Part shown: piece after piece, positions 54,102 through 63,307 of the stretch
Numbering within the stretch: position 1 is the stretch's first letter
Layout of the letters: each line of letters starts with the position of its first letter
Source of the DNA: an uncultured Bacilli bacterium
Lineage (GTDB): Bacteria; Bacillota_I; Bacilli_A; RF39; UBA660
Length of the DNA stretch: 64,000 bases
Direction: 5' to 3'
NCBI GenBank assembly: GCA_934098375.1
Contig: CAKOOC010000003.1
Span: 6,736 to 70,735 of the forward strand
Position numbers and translations under genes: made by a program
Notes under the pieces: model-generated
What the model saw: the letters and a program-made list of their open reading frames with translations, nothing else
What the model was told of the DNA's origin: nothing
Databases searched by the model: none

Positions 54102-55409
54102 CTAAAATGGCATATTAAATGAACCATTATTCATTTTCTTCATCATATCTTTCATTGAATCAAATTGTTTTAATAATCTATTAACTTCTTCAACACTGCG
54201 CCCTGAACCTTTCGCAATTCTCTGCTTTCTACTTGCTTTTAAAACTTCAGGATGTCTTCTTTCATAAGGTGTCATTGATAAAACTATTGCTTCAACATGA
54301 GCCATATCTTTCGGATTAATAGTAACATTATTAAGTCCCATATTTCTCGCTCCTGGAAGCATTTTTAAAATATTTTCTAGTGGACCTAACTTCTTTATTT
54401 GTTTCATAGTTAGTAAAAAGTCTTCTAAATCAAATTTCCCCTTTTGCATTTTTTTTGCCAAGTCTTTAGCATCATTTTCATCTATCGCACTGGCAGCTTT
54501 TTCTGCAATTGATAAAATATCTCCCATATCTAAAATACGTTCAGCCATTCTCTCGGGATAAAATTCTGTTAAACCATCCATTTTTTCTGAGTCACCAATA
54601 AATTTTATTGGAATATTTGTTAAATGTCTAACCGATAAAGCAACCCCACCTTTAGTATTACCATCTAATTTAGTTAAAATTGCTCCTGTTAAAGGTAATT
54701 TTTCATTAAATCCTTTAATAACATTAATCGCATCTTGTCCCATCATTGCATCAATAACAAGAATTATTTCATCTGGATTCACTATATCTTTAATATCACT
54801 TAATTCTTGCATTAAATTTTCATCAATATGAAGTCTACCAGCCGTATCAATTATAATATAATCATTATTATTCTCTTTTGCATAATTAATTGCTTCTGTT
54901 ACTATCTTTCTTGGATCTTCTTTACCATTAGAATAAACTGGTATATTTAAAGATTTACCTACTTCACATAGTTGATCAATTGCTGCTGGTCTATAAATAT
55001 CACACGCTACTAATAATGGTTTTTTATTAAATTTCTTTCTTAAATAATTAGCAAGTTTTCCACAAGTAGTTGTTTTACCAGAACCTTGTAAACCAACAAG
55101 CATAATTATAGTGGGCTTTTTATTTGTTTCTAGTGGTGCATAATCTCCTCCTAACAAAGAAATTAACTCATCCTTAACTAATTTTATAAAAAGTTCATCC
55201 GGTTTTAAATTTTTTCCTACATCCAAACCTAACGCTTTTTCTTTTATATTTCTTGTAAACTCTTTTACAACTTCATAGTTAACATCTGCTTCTAAAAGAG
55301 CCATTCTTATTTCTTTAATAGCGTCTGCAATATTTTCTTCGGTAATTCTTCCCATACCTTTAATATTTTTTATTGCATTACTAATTCTATCTCCCATGTA
55401 TTCAAACAT
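54102..55409 (-). CDS. ffh: Signal recognition particle protein Ffh
   Basis: N, G and M domains are present. GLQGSGKTTTCGKLA, DTAGRL and TKLDG. The Met-rich C-terminus is MKDMMKKM. Confidence 0.95.
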   Translation of the reverse strand: MFEYMGDRISNAIKNIKGMGRITEENIADAIKEIRMALLEADVNYEVVKEFTRNIKEKALGLDVGKNLKPDELFIKLVKDELISLLGGDYAPLETNKKPTIIMLVGLQGSGKTTTCGKLANYLRKKFNKKPLLVACDIYRPAAIDQLCEVGKSLNIPVYSNGKEDPRKIVTEAINYAKENNNDYIIIDTAGRLHIDENLMQELSDIKDIVNPDEIILVIDAMMGQDAINVIKGFNEKLPLTGAILTKLDGNTKGGVALSVRHLTNIPIKFIGDSEKMDGLTEFYPERMAERILDMGDILSIAEKAASAIDENDAKDLAKKMQKGKFDLEDFLLTMKQIKKLGPLENILKMLPGARNMGLNNVTINPKDMAHVEAIVLSMTPYERRHPEVLKASRKQRIAKGSGRSVEEVNRLLKQFDSMKDMMKKMNNGSFNMPF

Positions 55410-55432
55410 CTAAATCACCTACTTATTATTAT

Positions 55433-55457
55433 ACAAAAAAAAGACTAAAAAGTCTTT
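55433..55457 (-). terminator. Rho-independent terminator after ezrA
   Basis: On the minus strand: AAGACT-TTTT-AGTCTT followed by TTTTTT. Confidence 0.5.
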
Positions 55458-55458
55458 A

Positions 55459-57177
55459 TTATTTATCTTTAATTAAATCCATTATCTTTTGATGAATATT
55501 ATTATCATATAATGCAACAACATTTATAGCAACTTCTAATGATTCCTTATATTTACCTTCATAAAATAAATTTTCAGCTTTACCTAAAAGCTCATCATTT
55601 TTTGTTGTAATTCTAAAACGATTGCCGTATACAATTGTATTTTCCGCTAAATATGCATTTTTTACAATATCACTCGTTGTTTTATATAACTTTAATACCA
55701 AATCTCTTGCCGTATCTACTCTTGTATTAAGAACTTTTATTCTAATTGGTTTTTTATCAAGTTCATCCATCATTGCTTCAATCGCATCATTAGCTTCTGA
55801 CAATTCTATATAATAGTTTTTAGGAATTAAAGGAACTTTATAATTATTTATTTTTTCTTTACTATTATTAAGAATTAATTTAATACTATCAAGTTGTTCC
55901 CTTGCTCTTAACTCATCTTCTTTTAAACTACTTAAAGTTCTAATTGTATATTCCAACTTTTCTTCTTTTTCATTAAGAGATGCATTTAGTCTTTCTAATT
56001 CTTTACTTAATTTAGAAAAAGCAAATGTTCTATTACGATATTTTTCTACTATAATTTCATAGTCATTATAAATTGCTTTAATACTTAAATTAAGTTCATC
56101 TATAACTTTTACTTCTTCATCTGTTAAATCATAACTATATTTAATCTCTTCAATTTTAGAACTTAAATTCTTAATTATTCCTAATAACTTTTTGCACTTT
56201 ATTGCTATTTTTCTTGAACTATCATCAAATGTTCTTCTTGCTTGTTTTTCATTATCAAAATCAGTATATAATGAATCAAAATAAGAAAGAATTGTTTTAA
56301 GTTCAAATATTGAATCAGTTAAATTTAATACATTTAATCTATCAAATATATCATATAGTTTCTTTTCTGCTTCAGTAATGTTATATTCAATATTTAAATA
56401 ATCAAGAACATAACCTTCCTTAAGCATTTTTTCATATAAAGACTTTATATTTTCTATTTTATTTGGTATTAACTTTTTGCCCATAAGAATTATTGATGGA
56501 GCATCTTCAATAACAATTTGTAAGTTTCCAATCGTATCACCTAAAGCTTTTACAATTTTTGGTGCCTCCGCATAGTCATTATTTTCCATCGTAATTTCAA
56601 AAGCATTTAAAAGTTTATCAATATTTTCAAATTGTAATTCGATTGGTTTTTTAATAAGTTCATAATCTTCTATATGATTTTTATATTTTAAATATATTTC
56701 TCTATAATCTCTTTTTAATTTAGTAACAATTTCTCTGTTTTTACTTTCTGATAAACTAATCTCTTTTATTTCATTTAACAAAAATTCACTTTTTGTTTTT
56801 ACGTAATAAATATCTAATTCTAATTCTCCCGTTTCTTTAACAATCTCTTTATATTTTTTTGTTTTAAGAGAATTATCTAAATCATTTAATCTTTTATTTA
56901 ATGATGGAATATCTACATCTTTTATCTGATTATATCTCTTAATCCAAGAATTATATCTAGCCTCTAAATCTTTGTTATTAATTAAAGACGCTACTTTATT
57001 TAGTTCTGTAAGTATATTTGCCGATATAATTAAGTTTTTATCTCTTTCTAATATTGCCACTAATTTATTAAATTTCTTTTTATTATTTTTATTTATGAAC
57101 ACTAAAACAAAGACAATTAAAATTATTGCCAAAACACCGTAAACAATACCTAATATAATATACGTCTTATCGTCCAT
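55459..57177 (-). CDS. ezrA: Septation ring formation regulator EzrA
   Basis: 572 aa with a single N-terminal TM helix followed by an extended coiled coil. Size and architecture are typical of EzrA. Confidence 0.75.
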   Translation of the reverse strand: MDDKTYIILGIVYGVLAIILIVFVLVFINKNNKKKFNKLVAILERDKNLIISANILTELNKVASLINNKDLEARYNSWIKRYNQIKDVDIPSLNKRLNDLDNSLKTKKYKEIVKETGELELDIYYVKTKSEFLLNEIKEISLSESKNREIVTKLKRDYREIYLKYKNHIEDYELIKKPIELQFENIDKLLNAFEITMENNDYAEAPKIVKALGDTIGNLQIVIEDAPSIILMGKKLIPNKIENIKSLYEKMLKEGYVLDYLNIEYNITEAEKKLYDIFDRLNVLNLTDSIFELKTILSYFDSLYTDFDNEKQARRTFDDSSRKIAIKCKKLLGIIKNLSSKIEEIKYSYDLTDEEVKVIDELNLSIKAIYNDYEIIVEKYRNRTFAFSKLSKELERLNASLNEKEEKLEYTIRTLSSLKEDELRAREQLDSIKLILNNSKEKINNYKVPLIPKNYYIELSEANDAIEAMMDELDKKPIRIKVLNTRVDTARDLVLKLYKTTSDIVKNAYLAENTIVYGNRFRITTKNDELLGKAENLFYEGKYKESLEVAINVVALYDNNIHQKIMDLIKDK

Positions 57178-57287
57178 ACTCTATCCTCAATAACTATTTT
57201 AACATATAAAGAATAAAAATTGTAGATATGAGTTATTATTTTTTTATATTTTTTAAGATGAAAAAAACACTAAAAAGTGTTTTAATT

Positions 57288-58034
57288 TTATCCTTTATTA
57301 TCAAAGAAAATATAATTACTTGCTGCATCTTCTTTGATAATTGTATCATTTATAGTTCCATTTTGTATAGTTAGTTTATAATATGTAACTTTCTTTTTTA
57401 ATGAACTACCCATAATATAATTTAAAGTTTTACTATCTACTAACTTATAATTATAACCATTATCATAAACAGGTTCATCATTTTTATAATTTACTCCTCC
57501 ATTTGGAAAAGTAATTTCTTTTAATGAATCAAACTCTGAATTATAAATTTTTAAATAACTAACAATACCGTCTTCTCTATATATAAAATAATACTTATCA
57601 TTAGTTGTACTATCACTAAGTTCTTTTATTTCAAAACTATCTGTATCAGTTACACAATTCGTCTCTCCTAATTTTGAGCGGCATTCTTCCATCGAAATAA
57701 CTTCTTTACCATTATATAAATAAACAATATTTATACCATAATCACCAGCTTCATAAGAGCCAACAATTATTTTTCTTTGTAAATTATATTTTTTCTCTAA
57801 TGGTGATTTTACATTAGATAGTTTTTCATTTAACTTCTTCTCATATTCTTTTATTTCCATAGACCTAATAGTTGTTGTTTCACTAACTTTACTAGTTGTA
57901 GTACTTGTACTTTTATTATCATTATCTGAATTTTCTTTACTTTTAACCATAATCATCATTGCTACAATAAATCCAATTAATAAGAATATAATTGCTAATA
58001 AAACTCCTATTGTAACATTCTTCTTTTTTTCCAT
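57288..58034 (-). CDS. Membrane-anchored hypothetical protein (248 aa)
   Basis: N-terminal TM helix, a Ser/Thr-rich linker and an extracellular domain. A terminator hairpin lies at about 57258-57284. Confidence 0.45.
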   Translation of the reverse strand: MEKKKNVTIGVLLAIIFLLIGFIVAMMIMVKSKENSDNDNKSTSTTTSKVSETTTIRSMEIKEYEKKLNEKLSNVKSPLEKKYNLQRKIIVGSYEAGDYGINIVYLYNGKEVISMEECRSKLGETNCVTDTDSFEIKELSDSTTNDKYYFIYREDGIVSYLKIYNSEFDSLKEITFPNGGVNYKNDEPVYDNGYNYKLVDSKTLNYIMGSSLKKKVTYYKLTIQNGTINDTIIKEDAASNYIFFDNKG

Positions 58035-58130
58035 ATCACACTTACCCTTCTATTTTTAATTATAGCAAAATTATTATTACCTTCATAGTAAAATAATTAT
58101 AAATTATCATAATTTTTCATACTATAAGCA

Positions 58131-58754
58131 TTATCTGTTTTTTATTTTAATTAGTTTTTCTTTTTTCCCCATATTATCAAGGATATCTTCTCTATATCTT
58201 AAACCTTTTCTTTTAGCAATATCATCTGCAGTTTCCCCATTATATAATCCTTTATATCCAGCATTGGTAAATTTGTCAAAGTTTTTAACTCCTTTTTCTT
58301 TGGCAATTTTATATAAAACTTTATTGCCATCTTTAGTTTTTTTCTTCGGTATAATCTCTTTTCATCTTCTGCTAAATTCTTTTTCCGTAATTTCCTGTTT
58401 TCTAGTCTGCACTGCAAAATATGTTTGTCCCAATGCTACTGATGCTTTTTTAGGATTAGCATTTTGAACTATTAAATAGCAAGCATATCTAGTTAAGTGA
58501 TAATCAACAACATATTGAATATTACCCTTACCACCAACTATCGGTTTCCTGATCTCAGGAAAGTGCTCATTAACCTTATTATTACTGGTTTTGCAAGGAA
58601 TCTAAGCATTCTTTATAACCTTATGAAAATTTTCCCATTTACGATATTCAAGCAAAGACATTAATTCTCTTGCTTCCCAAAATTCATTACCACACTCATC
58701 AATATGTTTTATACTCTCAAAAGTTTTTTCTTCATATTTTTCTATATTATTCAT
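58131..58754 (-). pseudogene. dinD: Decayed DNA-damage-inducible protein D (dinD-like) gene
   Basis: The minus-strand translation reads MNNIEKYEEKTFESIKHIDECGNEFWEARELMSLLEYRKWENFHKVIKNA. An in-frame TAG follows at 58602-58604. It then continues ...VVDYHLTRYACYLIVQNANPKKASVALGQTYFAVQTRKQE. Frameshifts follow: LAEDEKRLYRRKKL is in another frame, and ...GYKGLYNGETADDIAKRKGL is in the original frame. The C-terminus is truncated. Confidence 0.65.
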
Positions 58755-58895
58755 TTACTTACCTCTATAGTCATTTACTATAGCATACAACTGTTCATAT
58801 ACCAATATTTTTTTAAAGCTACAATTTTATGAATTCAAATCATGAATATATATTTTTACTTTCACTAAAAAGATGGCAAGCAATACGTCATATCA

Positions 58896-59705
58896 TTACT
58901 TTTGACAATTAGGACAGTAATATGTGCTGCGCCCACCTATCTTTACTCTTAATATCTTTTCATTACAAATTTTGCAGTTTTCCCCTTCTCTTTTATGAAC
59001 CATTAAAAAATCTTGATAATGCCCAATAACGCCTAAAGAAGATGTATAACTTCTAATCGTTGTTCCGCCCTCTTTTATCGCTTTCGTAAGAATCTTCCTT
59101 GCCCCTTCAATAATCAAATCTGCTTCTTCTTTTGTAATATCTTCACATTTCTTATAAGGATTCACTTTAGCATAAAAAAGCACCTCATTAGCGTATATAT
59201 TACCTAAACCAGCAATAATCTCCTGATCAAGAAGTCCCTCCTTAATTGGCAATTTTTTATTTTTAAAATTATCTAGCAAATACATCGCCGTTAGCTTATC
59301 ATCAAAGGGTTCTAAACCAAGTTTATTTAATCCTTTATATTTACTAATATCATTAGTCACAAACATTCTTCCAAATTTCCTAGTATCATGGTACCTAAGC
59401 GAAATATTATCATTCATTAAAAAGATAATATGTTCATGCTTTTCTAGTTTTTCATCTGGAGTCTTTATAAAAAATTTACCTTCCATTCTTAAATGACTAA
59501 TTAAATAAAGATCATTAAACTTAAATATTAAATATTTACCATAAGTACTAACATCATCTAAACTTTTAGAAATTAAATTTTTTATATCTAAGCTTCCTTC
59601 TTCAATTATTTTTGGATAAATAACATTAATATCAATAATCTTTTTATGAAGTAATTTCTCTCTTAACGTCTTAGCAACCGTTCTAACCTCTGGTAACTCC
59701 GGCAT
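58896..59705 (-). CDS. mutM: Formamidopyrimidine-DNA glycosylase (Fpg/MutM)
   Basis: N-terminal MPELPEV. The H2TH region is GLGNIYANEVLF. The C-terminal zinc finger is CKICNEKI...YYCPNCQ. Confidence 0.92.
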   Translation of the reverse strand: MPELPEVRTVAKTLREKLLHKKIIDINVIYPKIIEEGSLDIKNLISKSLDDVSTYGKYLIFKFNDLYLISHLRMEGKFFIKTPDEKLEKHEHIIFLMNDNISLRYHDTRKFGRMFVTNDISKYKGLNKLGLEPFDDKLTAMYLLDNFKNKKLPIKEGLLDQEIIAGLGNIYANEVLFYAKVNPYKKCEDITKEEADLIIEGARKILTKAIKEGGTTIRSYTSSLGVIGHYQDFLMVHKREGENCKICNEKILRVKIGGRSTYYCPNCQK

Positions 59706-59716
59706 AAAATCCCTCC

Positions 59717-62272
59717 TTACTTTGCATCATACCAATTTTTGCCATAATCCATTCCAACTTTTAATGGAACTTTAAGTGGTGTAATATTTTCCATTTCATT
59801 TTTTACAATTTCACTAATAATTTCTTTTTCTTCTTCTTTTACATCAAAAATAAGTTCATCATGTACTTGTAAAAGCATCTTCGATTTTAAATTTTTCTCT
59901 TCCATAATTTTATCAATTTTAATCATCGCCATTTTTATAATATCAGCACTAGTTCCTTGAATTGGTGTATTAAGTGCAATACGTTCTCCGGCATTTCTAA
60001 TCATATAATTAGAGTTTTGTAATTCTTCAATCTCTCTTTTACGTCCAAATAAAGTTCTAACACTACCGAACATATGGGCTTCTTCAACTATCTCATCCAT
60101 ATATCGTTTTACCCCTGGATATAAATCTAGATATTTATCAATAAACTTTTTAGCTTCTTTAGGATTTAAATTTAAATTTTCACCTAATCCAAATCCTGAA
60201 ATTCCATAAACGATTCCGAATATTACTGCCTTTGCTGTTCTTCTCATTTGTTTCGTAACTTCACTTTTAGGCACTTCAAAAATATCACTTGCTACCGTCG
60301 TATGAATATCTTCGCCTGATTTAAATGCTTCAATTAATTCCTTAGAATCACTAATATGAGCAAGAACCCTAAGTTCTATCTGTGAATAATCTGCACATAA
60401 AAACATATCATTACAAGGAACAAAAGCTTTTCTAACTCTTCGACCATTTTCATCCCTTGTCGGTATATTTTGCATATTAGGGTCCATACTTGATAATCTT
60501 CCTGTTCTAGTTAAAGTTTGCTTATAAATCGTATGAATCTTACCATCACTCAAAATATAGTTATGTAAAGATTCTAAATAAGTACTATTAAATTTAGCTA
60601 AATTTCTATATTCTAAAATATATTCAATAATCGGATCTATTCCCATTAACTTTTCTAGCGTACCAGCATCAGTACTATATTTCTTACCAGCAATAACCCT
60701 CTTATGATATGGAAAACCTAACTTTTCAAAAAGAATTACTCCTAATTGTTTCGGACTACTAATATTAAATTTTTCTCCTGCTCTTTCATATATCTTATCT
60801 GATAATTCATTTAATTTATCAAGTGTTTCTTCATGTAATTCATCAAGTACACTTTTTTCGCATTTAATGCCATTTATTTCCATTCGTGCTAAAACAGGAA
60901 TCAAAGGCATCTCAATATTATTAAATAAATCATACATATCCTCAAGTTTTAATTTCTTAATTAAATCATCCCTTGTTTCATAGATATATTTAGCCTTCAT
61001 CGTTACTGCTATTTTTAGCTTCTCTTCATCTTTAATCGCATCTTCATAAAAAGGAACATCAATATCTTCTTTATTCATCAAAACCGCTAAGTCTTCCTTA
61101 ATTTGTAAATTAAGTAAGTATGCAGCAACCATCGTATCAAATATTGTATTAGTTTTAAAATCATTTAATAAAACTATATTCTTTTTTAAATCATAAGTAT
61201 ATTTCTTATTGTCCTTTAAATACTCTAATACCTCTTTAATTTTATCTTTAGGAACATAAAAAGCATTTTTTCCATCATATAATCCCATACCTAAAATATC
61301 TGCTAAATGATAATTAATATTATTACACTCTATAAAATAAGAAATTATTCCTTCATTTTTAATTTCACTAACATCCCTAAAATCTTTATAATCAGGCGTA
61401 AAATTTTTTTCTTTTCTTGGCATCTTCTTTAATAATGAATAAAATTCTAAATCTGTATAAATTTCTTCTAACTTATCAGTTGGACCCAAATATTTTAAAT
61501 CTTCTAATTTTTCCTTTATAGGTACTTCTAAACAAATTGTACATATATCTTTACTAAAAAAAGCATTTTCTTTATCATTTACTAACTTATCATGTAAAGC
61601 CCCTTTAATTCTATTTATATTCTCATAAATATTTTCTAAAGTGCCATACTCTTGTAACAATTTTAAAGCTGTTTTTTCCCCGATTCCTTTAACTCCTGGA
61701 ACATTATCAGAAGGATCTCCCATCAATGCTTTTAAATCAATCATTCTAATTGGTTTTATTCCATAATCCGCTTCAAAACTATCCGGATTATATCTTATAT
61801 ATCCTTTTGTTTTTAATAGTTTTACCTCGACTTCTTCATTAATTAACTGTAGTAAATCTTTATCAGAAGATACAATTAAAGCATCAAATTCTTTATCATC
61901 ATAAGCCATTTTACTTATAGTACCTATAATATCATCAGCTTCATAATTTTCTACTTCAATATGCTTTATTCCCATCGCATCTAATAATACTTTAGCTTTT
62001 GGCATCTGAACTTTTAATTCTTCCGGTGTCTCAATTCTTCCTGCTTTATATTGCTCATATTTTTCATGTCTAAAGTTTTTACCAATATCAAAGGCAACTA
62101 CCATATACTCTGGCTTTTCTTCTTCTATTATTTTATTAATCATTGAAACAAAACCATATAAAGCATTTGTTGGATCTCCCTTACTATTTTTCATAAAGTT
62201 CCCTGTATAAGCAGTTGCATAATAACTTCTAAACATTAAATTATTACCATCTACTAAAATTATCTTTTTCAT
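59717..62272 (-). CDS. polA: DNA polymerase I
   Basis: 5'-nuclease N-terminus ILVDGNNLMFRSYYA. Polymerase motifs are DYSQIELRVLAHIS, RRTAKAVIFGIVYG and QVHDELIF. The ATG at 62272 has RBS GAAGGTGG. Confidence 0.95.
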   Translation of the reverse strand: MKKIILVDGNNLMFRSYYATAYTGNFMKNSKGDPTNALYGFVSMINKIIEEEKPEYMVVAFDIGKNFRHEKYEQYKAGRIETPEELKVQMPKAKVLLDAMGIKHIEVENYEADDIIGTISKMAYDDKEFDALIVSSDKDLLQLINEEVEVKLLKTKGYIRYNPDSFEADYGIKPIRMIDLKALMGDPSDNVPGVKGIGEKTALKLLQEYGTLENIYENINRIKGALHDKLVNDKENAFFSKDICTICLEVPIKEKLEDLKYLGPTDKLEEIYTDLEFYSLLKKMPRKEKNFTPDYKDFRDVSEIKNEGIISYFIECNNINYHLADILGMGLYDGKNAFYVPKDKIKEVLEYLKDNKKYTYDLKKNIVLLNDFKTNTIFDTMVAAYLLNLQIKEDLAVLMNKEDIDVPFYEDAIKDEEKLKIAVTMKAKYIYETRDDLIKKLKLEDMYDLFNNIEMPLIPVLARMEINGIKCEKSVLDELHEETLDKLNELSDKIYERAGEKFNISSPKQLGVILFEKLGFPYHKRVIAGKKYSTDAGTLEKLMGIDPIIEYILEYRNLAKFNSTYLESLHNYILSDGKIHTIYKQTLTRTGRLSSMDPNMQNIPTRDENGRRVRKAFVPCNDMFLCADYSQIELRVLAHISDSKELIEAFKSGEDIHTTVASDIFEVPKSEVTKQMRRTAKAVIFGIVYGISGFGLGENLNLNPKEAKKFIDKYLDLYPGVKRYMDEIVEEAHMFGSVRTLFGRKREIEELQNSNYMIRNAGERIALNTPIQGTSADIIKMAMIKIDKIMEEKNLKSKMLLQVHDELIFDVKEEEKEIISEIVKNEMENITPLKVPLKVGMDYGKNWYDAK

Positions 62273-62318
62273 AAGTACCACCTTCATTTTTATTATAATA
62301 CATATTATCTTATAAATA

Positions 62319-62346
62319 AAAGAAAAACCTGGATTTAATCCAAGTG
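62319..62346 (-). terminator. Terminator-like hairpin after the DivIVA-domain gene
   Basis: On the minus strand: CTTGGATT-AAATCCAGG (imperfect) followed by TTTTTCTTTT. Confidence 0.4.
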
Positions 62347-62760
62347 ATCTATATCATCAACTAATTCTAATTGACTTTCTAAAATACTTCTTAATCGTTT
62401 TTTAAAGGTTATAATATTTCTTTTTAATGCTAAATTCTCCATTTGTGTTTTTTCTGCTTGCATTAATGCTTCATTTACAATTCTTGATGCATTTTTCTTA
62501 GCATCATTGATAATGTTTTCACTTTCATCTCTTGCTTGTTTTTTCATCTGACTAGATGTATCTTCTGCTAAATATATTGCTCTATTTAAAGTATCTTCTA
62601 AATTTTTATATTTTTCTAATGAATTCTTAAGTTCTGCTATCTCTAAGTCTTTTTTCTTTAAATCAGAAAGCATTTCTTCAACTTGCTTTATTACATCATC
62701 AACAAATTTATTAACTTCTTCTTTTCTATAGCCACGTAGTGCCGTGCTAAATTTTTCCAT
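62335..62760 (-). CDS. DivIVA-domain protein
   Basis: FSTALRGYRKEEVNKFVDDV followed by a coiled coil. 141 aa. Confidence 0.75.
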   Translation of the reverse strand: MEKFSTALRGYRKEEVNKFVDDVIKQVEEMLSDLKKKDLEIAELKNSLEKYKNLEDTLNRAIYLAEDTSSQMKKQARDESENIINDAKKNASRIVNEALMQAEKTQMENLALKRNIITFKKRLRSILESQLELVDDIDHLD

Positions 62761-62787
62761 ACTATCACCTTTATATATGTTTATATA

Positions 62788-63195
62788 TTAAAAATCAATT
62801 TCTTCCTCTGCTTTTTTACTATTTTCTTGTTCGCTCATCTTTCCTTGTACACTTACATTTTTAGGTGTGCATAAGTATATTCCACCACCTAGTTTTTGCA
62901 TATCTCCGCCAATCGCATATACACATCCTGTTAAAAAGTCAATAATTCTTTTTCCTTGATCAGAAGTTACCCTTTTTAAATTTACTACTACGCTATTACG
63001 TTTCTTTAAATGGTCAGCAATAGTTTGACTTTCAGAATATGCTCTAGGTTCAACTAATATCATTTTACTTCCGTTTTTTGCTTCATCTTCTTTAAAGTTT
63101 TTTTCACTTACAGAGTAAAATTCCTCTTCCATATTTATACTATCATCATTACTATCTTCTTCACCAAATAATGCTTTTTTTAAATTTAGTGCCAT
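62788..63195 (-). CDS. sepF: Cell division protein SepF
   Basis: ILVEPRAYSESQTIADHLKKRNSVVVNLKRV...GKRIIDFLTGCVYAIGGDMQKLGGGIYLCTP. Confidence 0.85.
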   Translation of the reverse strand: MALNLKKALFGEEDSNDDSINMEEEFYSVSEKNFKEDEAKNGSKMILVEPRAYSESQTIADHLKKRNSVVVNLKRVTSDQGKRIIDFLTGCVYAIGGDMQKLGGGIYLCTPKNVSVQGKMSEQENSKKAEEEIDF

Positions 63196-63307
63196 AAAGC
63201 ATCCTCCTTATATTAATCTACTATTATTCTATCATATTTATTTTTATTAATAAATACCCAAAACAAAAAAAGAGAATTTTTCCCTTTTCATATTTTAGTA
63301 TTTTTAA

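Noticed and set aside
58199-58467. Two overlapping 67-72-aa ORFs from the track
   Set aside because: One (58199-58417, minus) is a frameshifted fragment of the dinD-like pseudogene, containing LAEDEKRLYRRKKL. The other is its antisense shadow.
58785-58796. LexA (Cheo) box upstream of the dinD pseudogene: GAACAGTTGTAT on the minus strand
   Set aside because: Only the first half-site matches GAAC-N4-GTTC, and the second half is degenerate. The nearby 7-bp palindrome CTATAGT/ACTATAG (58765-58783) is also unassigned.
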